Below are positions 1 to 43,289 of a stretch of 46,712 nt of DNA, in pieces. Position numbers and translations under genes: made by a program. Source of the DNA: Chiloscyllium plagiosum (Eukaryota). Location of the stretch: assembly GCF_004010195.1 (NCBI RefSeq), contig NC_057718.1, forward strand, positions 9,650,985 to 9,697,696, read 5' to 3'. Under the pieces are notes generated by a model. It was not told the origin of the DNA. It did no database searches and was given only the letters and a program-made list of their open reading frames with translations. How positions within the stretch are numbered: the first letter of the stretch is position 1; each line of letters opens with the position of its first letter.

Positions 1-122
1 CTAACTGCAAGGTGAATTCTACCATATTATGGTCACTGCCTACTCATGGTTCCTTCACCTTTAGGTCCATAATCAAGACTGCCTCATTACACGTCAACAG
101 ATCCAGAATTGTATATTCTCTC
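1..122 (-). mobile_element. CR1-clade LINE ORF2 fragment (end of APE endonuclease)
   Basis: Reverse strand reads roughly ILDLLTCNEAVLIMDLKVKEP.VGSDHNMVEFTLQ, containing the LDL and SDH endonuclease motifs. Confidence 0.65.
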
Positions 123-124
123 GT

Positions 125-462
125 GATTTGGAGATGCCGGTATTGGACTGGAGTGTACAAAGTTAAAAATCACAACACTAGGTTATAGTCTCAAACACTA
201 GATTTATATGGAAGCACTAGCTTTTGGAGCACTGCTCCTTAAGGTGGCTGTGGAGTATAAAATCGTAAGACACAGAAATTATAGCAAAAATTTAGTGTGA
301 TGTAACTGTAATTATATATTAAAATGACCTGGCTTGTTAAAGTCTCTCCTCTTTTAGGATGAACATGTTGGCTTCAGTTCTTTCTTATGTAAATCTCAGA
401 ATTTTTTTAAAGTTACATTCTCAAGTGAAACTTAACAATTGATGTCATGTTGGCCCAGTTAA
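125..462 (-). mobile_element. Penelope-derived terminal repeat, family B (hammerhead core deleted)
   Basis: Shares gatttggag..tggactgg.gtgtacaaagtta.aaatcac...ggaagcactagcttt.ggagc.ctgctcctt with 27280-27392 and 6931-7013. Penelope origin is inferred from the hammerhead motif in the other copies. Confidence 0.6.
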
Positions 463-465
463 TAC

Positions 466-730
466 CTCCCATTCACCAAAACCTTTACTGTTCAAAAATC
501 TATCCATCTTTGCCTTAAAAACATTCAGAGGTCGTCTTAGCTGTTTCACTGGGCAGGGAGTTCCACAGACTCATAATCCTTTGGGTGAAGAGGTTCCTCC
601 TCAACTCAGTCCTAAATCTGCTCACTCTTATTTTGAGACTTCGCCCCCTAATTCTACTTTCACCCGCCAGTGGAAGCAACCTTCCTGCTTCTATCTATTC
701 CCTCCATAATTTTATGTTTCTATATGATCC
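466..730 (-). mobile_element. CR1 LINE 3' fragment
   Basis: Reverse complement resembles the ORF2 end of the CR1 at 15330-15530 (FTQRIMSLWNSLPSETA-like). Confidence 0.65.
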
Positions 731-795
731 TGGGGTGAAAATGTCTTGCTGGAACAGCGCAGTAGATCAGGCAGCATCCAGGGAACAGGAGAATT

Positions 796-823
796 GACGT
801 TTCGAGCATAAGCCCTTCTTCAG
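796..823 (-). ncRNA. Minimal hammerhead ribozyme motif
   Basis: Reverse strand: CTGAAGA A GGGC TTAT GCTC GAAA CGTC = CUGANGA box, 4-bp stem II (one G.U), GAAA box, palindromic ACGU stem III, GUC cleavage triplet. Confidence 0.7.
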
Positions 824-853
824 GAATGAGGAGAGTGTCCTCATTCCTCATTC

Positions 854-881
854 CTGAAGAAAGGCTCATGCCCGAAACGTC
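854..881 (+). ncRNA. Minimal hammerhead ribozyme motif (sense to REPS1)
   Basis: CTGAAGA A AGGC TCAT GCCC GAAA CGTC; core boxes intact, but the first stem II pair is an A-C mismatch, which should impair activity. Confidence 0.62.
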
Positions 882-894
882 GATTCTCCTGTTC

Positions 895-1100
895 ACAGAA
901 AACAGTGTCTATTCCCCGACTACAAGGACATTTCTCTTTCCTCCATCCCCCCCTTCAAATGGCTTCCTATGCCTAGGTGCTACGGTCAGTTTGCTCATCC
1001 TCCAAATGGTCTCTGCTCTTGTTCGCATAGGGAACAAGATCCTCAAACTTGTTACACAAGCTCAAAGGTTGAGGCTTCTTTAGCACTCCTGAACTCTACC
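895..1100 (-). mobile_element. CR1 ORF1 fragment (upstream of esterase domain)
   Basis: Reverse strand gives NKFEDL...RNVLVVG...IDTVFCEQ, like the NKYTVL...IVMGNS segment of the CR1 ORF1 at 43596-43760. Confidence 0.5.
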
Positions 1101-1170
1101 TTTTTAAATAGAGAAAATATTTAGAACAGTTTAAAAAAAAAAGTCCTGGCATGCTCAGTCATGATTTCTG

Positions 1171-1218
1171 TGTTTTGTAGCTTAATTAGTTAATTGTTTT
1201 GTAGCTTAATTAGTTAAT
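1171..1218. repeat. 24-bp perfect tandem duplication
   Basis: tgttttgtagcttaattagttaat twice (1171-1194, 1195-1218). Confidence 0.9.
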
Positions 1219-2244
1219 TATTTTTAACTTAGATTTAATAATTCATTTTCTGGGACTTAGCTAAAAGTCTAGAAACTTGTCAACATTCAGTTCATTGTTT
1301 GGCCTTTCACTATGTGCCAGCAAGATGGGAATGGAATTGACAAGCAGCACAAAGCTCAGTATAACATTTGCAGATGAAGATTTTCAGTAAGGTGGTTGCT
1401 TAATCTGCAATCTGTATCTCATGTAGAGGCAGTCTCGTTATGAGCACTGATATGGTGTACTAGATCGGCAGAAGTAAATGTATGTTGCTGTTTTGATAGA
1501 AAGGCACTTGGAGGTTGGTTTAGGAGTCTCCAATGAGAAGATGATGCATCTATGGTACTTAAATAGGCAGCTGCCAGAGTGAGGAAAACTGAGTATACCA
1601 AGGTATCACAAAGGATGGTCTCCCACCCCTCCTTTGTCTCTGGAACACTGAGGGATAGGATGATGTTTGATGATAGGATTATGTTGGAGGTGACAGAGGC
1701 TAATCATTTAATGCAGAGGCTCAGGGGTAAAAGGTAAGGTTAAGGGAAACATTGCTTTTCTGTGAGGGAAGTAACAAGGTAATGAAGGCCAATTTTTTTT
1801 TCTTGCTCTAGTCTACTATTGTAAAGGAGATACTTTGACAGGGAAAATGAGGACATTCTGGAATCCATGCTATTAAAGTTGGTATCTTTCATAACCTCAC
1901 ACTCGTTAACCTGGATACTACTTTCCACTACTGAGAAGCTGCACTCCAATCCAAAATAGATTTATCTCTTGAGAAATACTCAGTGCAGGCTTTAAGTATT
2001 CGTAGAAATTTTATTGAAGTTTTGTTTTAACTGACAAGCGTTTCACTTGTAAAGTATGATAGTTATATAAACCATCTAGTATATAGCTTAATTGAATTTG
2101 CATTCCATTTCCATTTCCATTTTTTACATTTATTTCTTGAATTTTGAAGATATCTAAAATGATTTTAAACCAGCATTCATTTTCACCATCACCACTTCTT
2201 TGTATTGTTCAGCATATGATCACTGTTGGAACAACTATGCCAAG

Positions 2245-3550
2245 ATTGATGAAGTGTGGCGCTGGAAAAAGCACTGCAGGTCAGGCAGCTTCTGAGGAGC
2301 AAAAGAGTCGACAGTTCTGGCATGACCCTTCTTCAGGACTGGGAAAGGGGGCTGAGAAATAAGTAGAGGTTGGGGTGGGGCTAGGGTAAAGGTAGGTGGG
2401 ATGGCAATAGATGGGCAAAGGTAGGTGGTGGTGGTGATAGGTCAGCGGGAAGTATGGAGCAGATAGGTGGGAAGGCAAATGGATAGGTAATTCAGGCCAA
2501 GAGTGCAGAGCTGAGTCAGAGATTGGATCAGGGATAGGGTGGGAGGAGAGGAGATCTGGAAACTGCCCTGTGATATAGACTCATTAGGCAGAAGATGAGC
2601 TGTTTCTCCTCTAGTTTGCGGGTGGTCTTGTGTGGGCAGTGGAGGAGGCCCAGAATAGACATGCCTTCAGGTGAGGGGTGGTTGAAGTGGATGGCCACAG
2701 GAAGATGGGGTTGGTTCTTGAATATGGACCAGAGATGTTCCTGAACTGTTCTGCCACTTTGCGCTTGGTCTCTCCGCTGTAGAGACCACATCGAGAGCAA
2801 TGGATGCAGTAAATGAGGTTCAGGATTATACAAGTAAATGTCTGCTGGATTAGGAATGATCCTTTGGAGCCTTGGTCTGAGGTGAGTGGGGGAGGTGTGG
2901 ACGTGAGTTTTATATCTCTGACTGCAGCAGGGGAAGGTGCCAGGTGTGGGGAGTGTGGACCCAATGAGGGAGTCATGGAGGTGCAGATAGGGTTGGGGAG
3001 GGAAATATATTTTTGGTGGTGGGGTCTGACTCTAGATGGTGAAAATGGCAGATGATGTGCTGAGATTGGTGGGGTGGAATGCCAAGACCGGGGGATGCTA
3101 TCCTTGTTGGGTGCTATTCTTGTTGGGGTTGGGTGGGGAGGGTGTGTCTGGTTCGAGGGCAGAGGTGTGGGAAATAGAGGTGACATAATTGAAGGCACTT
3201 TTGATCACAGGGAAGGGGAATCCTGATGATCCTTGAAGTAGGAGGACATCTGGGATGTCATGGAGTGTGCTCGCTAAACCTGATCACAGATAAGGCTGAG
3301 CAATTGAGAGTAGGGGATCACATTTTTGTGGGTTGGAGGGGATAGGGATGATAGATGGAAGAGAGGGATAGAGGAAGGACCGTAGATAAGGTAGCTGTGG
3401 GAGTCTGTAGGTTTGCAGTAAATGTCAGTTGTTGCCGAGAGCCCCAGGAAGGGGAAGGAAGTGTCGGAGATGCACTTGGGGAATTTTAGGTCAGGATGGA
3501 AGGTGTTGGTGTGGTGAATGAACTGTTCAAACTCCTCTGGAGAACGAGGC
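2245..3550 (-). mobile_element. Penelope-like retroelement, 5'-truncated and frameshifted (RT C-terminus + GIY-YIG endonuclease + terminal repeat)
   Basis: Fragments EEFEQFIHHTNTFHPDLKF...FPFL...TDIYCKPTDSHSYL...IPYSQ (RT thumb); FTC..NLIYCIHCSRCGLYSGETKRKVAEQFR...PVAIHFN...RKLEEKQLIF (GIY-YIG); terminal repeat at 2245-2340. Confidence 0.85.
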
Positions 3551-4253
3551 AATACTGATACAGTTATCAACAATTGTACCGGAGGAAAATGTGAATTCAG
3601 AAATTCTAATTCACACAACACTTTAAACACTATTTGCAATACCAACCATGGCCCATTTAAGATACACTTTTTTTTGTTTGGTAGAACTGTAACTCTCCAT
3701 AAGAGATCCATGCAAACATTGACGTGCCTTGCAGTAATGGTAACTGTGTCAATATGAATCAGAAACTTTGAAGGTAGTAGGTTCCTGTTTAACTCCTCAA
3801 TTTTTACATTCTTTCCCTAGTATCCAGGTTCATCTCATTTAACCTCAGCCTGCCCCAAATGGATTTTTCTCTTTGCTCTCAAGTATGGTTACCATTTAGC
3901 CTTGTATTAGAAAGGTCTTTATGAAATGCTTCATGTTCTGCACCTTGGTTGCTTGCTAAGAGAATTGTGGAATGGAGCATGACCATGTTGATTCCAATGC
4001 CTGCACCCATACCTGGCATGCTAGCAAGCAGACAAAACTTGGCAAGTTGCCTCATTTGGAAAGTTTGAATAGAGTTGCCGAATCTTGGAATCAGTTCTTG
4101 ACTCCTAAATGAAAGGCCATGTGACCCCTGGGACCAATTGTGATCTTTATCAGTCTTTCTGCATAGTTTGAGGCATGTTTGTGAGAAAACTTCTGGCTTT
4201 TTATTCTGGTGGACTGGATAGCCTTTTCTAGACTTTGGGCTGAATTCTGACTG

Positions 4254-4464
4254 GGAGAAAGTGAGGACTGGAGATCAGAGCTGAAAATGTGTTGCTGGAA
4301 AAGCCCAGCAGGTCAGGCAGCATCCAAGGAGCAGGAGAATCGACATTTCTGGCAGGAATCTGAAGATTCCTGAAGAAGGGCTCATGCCCGAAAAGTCGAT
4401 TCGCCTGCTCATTGGATGCTGCCTGACCTGCTGCGCTTTTCCAGCAGCACATTTTCAGCTCTGA
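4254..4464. mobile_element. Penelope-derived fold-back element, family A
   Basis: Inverted arms from tcagagctgaaaatgtg (4275) to cacattttcagctctga (4464); + strand hammerhead-like motif 4370-4397 CTGAAGA A GGGC TCAT GCCC GAAA AGTC. Confidence 0.8.
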
Positions 4465-4544
4465 ATCCTAACTCTCTAACGTCTGAGTTTCATGCTAGAA
4501 CCTAATCCAGACAGGAACCAAACCTGTCAACCACTTCCTGCCTT

Positions 4545-4830
4545 AACTGAGGCAGGATGATGGGCTGACATCTAATCTGCAGTCGCTGGGTTGATCATTT
4601 AAGTATTTAATGAGGTCATTTGCCTTGGTTATAGGAGTCTTTGCATACACAGCCATAGAGCTGAGTTTAGGGAAATTTTGTATTGAAAGAAGGAAAGGAG
4701 TGCTGAGTCCTTGAGGTATGTGATGTTGGTGGGTCAGGAAGTGGATTGTTTCTCTAACCTCTGATGTACCTGGTAAGTTCCCAACCCACCTTCTACAACT
4801 TCTCTCACTCTGCCAGTGCACCTACCTTGA
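4545..4830 (-). mobile_element. Possible very old LINE RT fragment
   Basis: HIPQGLSTPFLLSI...AVYA resembles the VPQGSxLGPLLF...YADD region; heavily decayed. Confidence 0.3.
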
Positions 4831-5208
4831 CTCATAGTCTTCAGTCTTGTGAAGCAAGCTTCTCACCTGAACGCCTTCCACTAACAATTCCATTTGAAAT
4901 GGTTTTAAGTCTGCAGACCGTCGGAGCTGATCACCAGACTGAAATCCAGGATGTGATTTGATATTGAGTAAATGCTATTGGTCAAAGGCCAAATCTGTTT
5001 TAGTCATTATATTATGTCAACCTCGTACAAATGTAGGCACGGAAGTAATCCAATTTGTCCCTCTGGTGTTGAATCCATCAATTTTATATTTGGTATTGTA
5101 TGAAGAAGAATTTTGGTGTGTGTGGACCAGTTCAGGGCTGGAACCTGATGCTGTTAAATTAATTGCATATTCCAGGAATTCACATGGGCTGGTGACCTAG
5201 TGACTTAT

Positions 5209-5416
5209 GTGGTAAAAACAATGACTGCAGATGCTGGAAACCAGATTCTGGATTAGTGGTGCTGGAAGAGCACAGCAGTTCAGGCAGCATCCGAGGAGCA
5301 GTAAAATCGACGTTTCGGGCAAAAGTCAAATGAAGGGCTTTTGCCCGAAACGCGATTTTACTGCTCCTCGAATGCTGCCTGAACTGCTGTGCTCTTCCAG
5401 CACCACTAATCCAGAA
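5209..5416. mobile_element. Penelope-derived fold-back element with 13-bp target-site duplication
   Basis: Inverted arms 5246-5416; cctagtgacttat at 5196-5208 and 5417-5429; left part near-identical to 46583-46697. Confidence 0.85.
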
Positions 5417-5691
5417 CCTAGTGACTTATTAGTTACCAAATAAAATATCAATTCTAAATCTGACTAGACCCTTCATTTTGTTCTGAATCCTCTGGGTGTT
5501 TTTATTTTTTTAGCCATTGCAGCATCTGTCAGTTTGGAGTGGCAGTATGACCTTTTGACTAAATTGCTTAGGCATGGTTATAAAGGACTAAAGGGGTAAA
5601 TAAATTGAAAGGAGTAGCGAGAATGATGGGCAATTTCATTAGTTCATTGCTGAATCTAGATGCTAAGCATTTAAATGGTGTAGAGAGACAC

Positions 5692-5795
5692 TGGGGGGAG
5701 TGGTAGTGTCCCTATCTCTGAGCCAGTATACCCACTTTAAGCCCCAAGTGCTCCAGAGATATGTAATAACATATCTGAACACTGATTAGAAAATT
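5692..5795 (+). mobile_element. Short tRNA-derived SINE, decayed
   Basis: gtggtagtgtccctatctctgagccag...tgattagaaaa resembles the reverse complements of 10341-10456 and 37641-37692. Confidence 0.5.
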
Positions 5796-5941
5796 GTATA
5801 GCCTACAATATATAGGTAAACTAATGACAGCAAGATACAACCTTTTAAAATGTTATGTCCGGCTGTTGCAAATAAAATTCATATAGTATTTTTATCCATC
5901 CTGACTATTATTCTCACTTTATCATTTTGTCCCCCTAACAG

Positions 5942-39615
<33,674 letters not shown>

Positions 39616-41785
39616 CAGAGCAGCCCGAGCGCTTGGATGGGACTTTTTTTTTTAAAAAACCCGGTGTTTGATCCGACTGTGTCACGGTACCCTCCTCCCT
39701 GCAGATAGCTTACACCTGTGTTCAGCTTCGCCTGTCTACAATGAAGCAATAGGTTTACATGGTTACTTTCATTGAGCTGCACACTTGACACATGGCTGCA
39801 GTATGTTTAAGAAGCGCTGTGTTGGTGTGTGGGTGGCGGATGACGATACAAGAGGGTGTTATAAAGCTGATGGCCATTCAAGCCCTGAATCGGGAGGTCA
39901 TTTGCTTTTAGTGTTGATTCTACAGAAGAGCAAATAATTTAACAACTCCTCCTAGATCAGTCCAACATAACACAGCTGGCTTACCCACAGGATGAAAGTT
40001 CTTAGTGAGGCTATGGCTTGTTGAATACTTGGGATTTGCTGCATTTGAAAACGGGAGTGATCAGCAACATTGAAGCACCCATACTCAATTAATCAACTTG
40101 CTTAACTGTATGGAACATGTTAATAATAGTAGATTATGATTGTGATTGTGCAAAGACTAGGGATGGAAGAGCTGTGCTTGAATGGGAAATTGTTTCCTGT
40201 GTAGGTGTCAAAGTACTTCTCTTCTCAATCTGCATAACTTTCATTTTGGATGAGAAGTTGGGTTTTATTCTAGTGTATTGAGAGGAAATGGCTTATCTTG
40301 CTCTTCTCTGCTTCACTCAAAAAAAACCTGTTGCATTCTTGCAGTAAATGATTTCTCTATATGTTTATAACAACCTCTGAAGTACATAATGAAATATTTT
40401 GCACTACTGACGTATGCGTGTAATCATGATTATTTGGCATGGTTCAAAACCACTTTTTAATTGGAGGGTGTAAAAGGTAAAAATGCTTGAAGCCTGGGTA
40501 AATGTTTAGGGACAGTAGCTACGATGTTTTTAAATACATGTCTGACAGTCACTCGCTAAAGACTGTTTATGATAAAGCAGTCTGTTGGTTTGAATATGTT
40601 GAGATGCTCGTGGGGAGCGGGCCTTTTTAACTTGAGTGCACTGAGCTCACTAATGTTTCATGGAGGATGTGAGGCCTGACTGATGCACATACACGCATGA
40701 TTAAGGGAGGTGGGTGTGCAGTGTTTTGCATTTGGCTTTGCAATTTCCATCAGTTTCTGCATGATATATCCATGAAAAGAAGCAGGATCCTGGAATGACA
40801 CATCTCACCTGCGAGGAGGAGGAATAAGTGCAAATACTGTGTCACTTCTCGTAAGCATTTGTGAAAGAGAGATCATCTGGTGTGTGGCATAAACGATTTT
40901 GGGGTGAGATGCCTGTGTGGAACTGTAAGTTACATATAAAAAGCCACCACTTGCAGGTGAATCCGTGTGCAGTTTTGCATGAAATTTGCATTAAGCAGCT
41001 GATTCTATACTCTCCTTTCCCCTATTCTCACTCCAAATGAATTAAAATATGTGGGGTTTGTGCAGTAGCACAGTATGTGGGATAAATTGTGATGATTTAG
41101 GACAGAATATTTTGTGTGTGTGTGTGTATGTTGATGACTTGCAGTTCTGTGGTTTCTCACAACACAGCCTCTATCTGCATGTTACTGACCGATTTCCATT
41201 CCACCAACATAGCCTTCTGAGTACTGAATACATACTGTGCACCTCCCTGACACTGGTAAAGTGATCTTTAAATTTAAATGGGAGTTTAATCAAAAATTGT
41301 ACAGAACTAGAGAATATTTCTTTAAATTATTATGCAAAAAGTGAGATTTTATAATTAAGTTTGACATTGGTGTTCAGTATTCTAAGGGTTAATATGATTT
41401 ACAGTTTCTGTTTTCAAAAAAGAGAAAAAAACATTTTTTTGCATTTGGGATTATCTTTTGTTTCTGTAATTTCAAGCCTTACTGTTCTAGCTTTGTACTT
41501 CAAAAGAGAAGGGATGAACAGGGAGGGAAGGCTTCGCGTCCTGACCGAATCAGAATCGCCTTGTTATTCAGGTCAATGTACTGTATAAGGGGTATGATGT
41601 AAATTGTATAATACACTTTTGATCTTGTATGTAAATTTCCATTAAATTGCTGACTAACAGCAGCTCTATTTAATTGCTTACTCTAGCTCTGGGATCTTGG
41701 ATGTTAAAGTGCATGGATATATCTTGGCAGAGCAATCTAGCAACTGTGATTTTTACACAAATAAAACAGCACAATATTTTACCTG
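39616..41785 (+). other. REPS1: Probable REPS1 3'UTR (3' end approximate)
   Basis: Stretch after the stop with no recognisable interspersed repeat, ending in a TGTA-rich block and poly(A) hexamers; repeats resume near 42000. Confidence 0.6.
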
Positions 41786-41825
41786 ACTGCCTACTCCGTC
41801 TCTCCATTTCTATCTATTTAATAAA
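41641..41825 (+). terminator. Candidate polyadenylation signals
   Basis: ATTAAA at 41641-41646 preceded by several TGTA motifs (41577-41634); AATAAA at 41760-41765 and 41820-41825. Confidence 0.55.
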
Positions 41826-42029
41826 TAGGATTAGGAGTGAATCATGAAAAACGTCAAGTCTGCAATGTCATTCACTACCTCCACTTCTTCGCACCCTATC
41901 CTTGACTTCTTTAGTAATTGTAATCATCAACAGCATTGGCAATCCTCAAGACTTACAGCTATCAGTAAAAACATTTTCTTCTCATCTTGGTCCTCAACTG
42001 CCGATGCCCTTGTTCTGAGATGAGGGTGA

Positions 42030-42405
42030 AGCACTGGTGAAGTGACATTGTCACTGGGTTAGTAATCCAAAGGCAGAGACTGATGATGCTCTGGATGCAT
42101 GGGTTCAAATTCCACCACACCAGCTAGTAGAGTCTGAGTTCACTTAATTAAATGTGGAATGAAAAGCTGTCCTCGGTAATGGTAATGTGAAATGATCAAT
42201 TGTTTTGGAGAAAACGAATCTGGTTCACTGTCCTTTTAGGAAAGGAAATCTAACATCCTTACCTGGTCTGGCCTGTATCTGACTCCAGACCCATGGCAAT
42301 GTGGATTAATTTTAATTGCCCTCTGAAACAATAAGCAGTTGCAGGTGGGCAGCAAATGCTGATCTTGCAAGCAACACCCACATCCCTTGAAAGAATAAAT
42401 TAAAA
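42030..42405 (+). mobile_element. tRNA-derived SINE
   Basis: B box GGTTCAAATTC near 42102; body shared with 17903-18073; A-rich end. Confidence 0.7.
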
Positions 42406-42931
42406 ACAGCTCCAGAGTTTATAATCAGAGGAATAATGTTCTTAGTAGCTGCTGTTTTTCTGACTTCCTGTCTATTGTTTATAGCCAGAGTACAGCTATA
42501 ATCCATAAGTGTCATTGTGTCACACACAACCTATAAAAATTGATGAGATTTCCTGTAGTCTATGAACATTGTCATCTATTGAATATAGATGATTAATATT
42601 GTACATTTGGCCTATTAGACCTAATATACCTATAGGGTTAACAGTGGCATATGTCATGCATTCGTTTGCTATCATAAGCTTCATTCTGCGAAATAGTCAT
42701 AAGGCCACGCAGCTTGAATGAAAATCATTTTGCCTGCCATCAGGGATGTGTATCAATGTTGCTTCCTTGGCACTGATTCAGAATCTCAACTCCTGACCTA
42801 ACAGCACTGCAGGAGCACAACTTTCAACCTTGTGTCCCCTGCAACTGACTCTACACATCCCTGTTGATTTTGATCAGGGCTGAGAGAGACTTAAAGCCAC
42901 TTTCTCCAGCAGCTACGATCAACAGGTCAAA

Positions 42932-42960
42932 GGGGGTGGGGGGGGGGGGGGGGGGGGGGG
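42932..42960 (+). repeat. Poly-G run
   Basis: G5-T-G23. Confidence 0.9.
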
Positions 42961-43289
42961 TGTTCCTGTGTGTTGGGGATGGTTGGGAGAGAGATGTGGC
43001 GAGTTTTCCTAAGCAACTTATCCTAGGCCACAAACTTCAGAAGACCATCCAGGCCCTGCATAGGAGATCTAGGTCTTTATCTGGGGAAGAGTGTGACTAG
43101 CAAGAGGGTGCAATAGCTGGAATTGAATTAAGTGTGGGAGGTTAAGCAAGTGGGGGATGGAGGGATTGCTGTTTTATACAGGCCAGTTTTGCAAGGGGCT
43201 GCTTTGTAGTCTAGGCATAGCTGGTTAGATCCAAGAGATTTAGGTGAATACCAGGCTTTGTTGAGGCTCCCCCTCCCCCCAAGTCTGCT

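Larger units (their letters stand above)
733..894. mobile_element. Penelope-derived fold-back element, family A, with two opposed hammerhead motifs
   Basis: Inverted arms around ~835; similar to 2245-2340, 4275-4464, 5209-5416 and 46583-46712. Confidence 0.75.

Noticed and set aside
826..1083. ORF with LCLGAT...ILKLVTQAQ resembling REPS1 exon 2 (LCGAT...ALKLVAVAQ)
   Set aside because: Motif spacing is wrong, the RLGYFGRSQF core is absent, and the opposite strand reads as a CR1 ORF1 fragment; judged coincidental.
2611..3198. 195-aa proline-rich minus-strand ORF as a host gene
   Set aside because: It is a frameshifted reading of the Penelope element; only parts are in the true frame.
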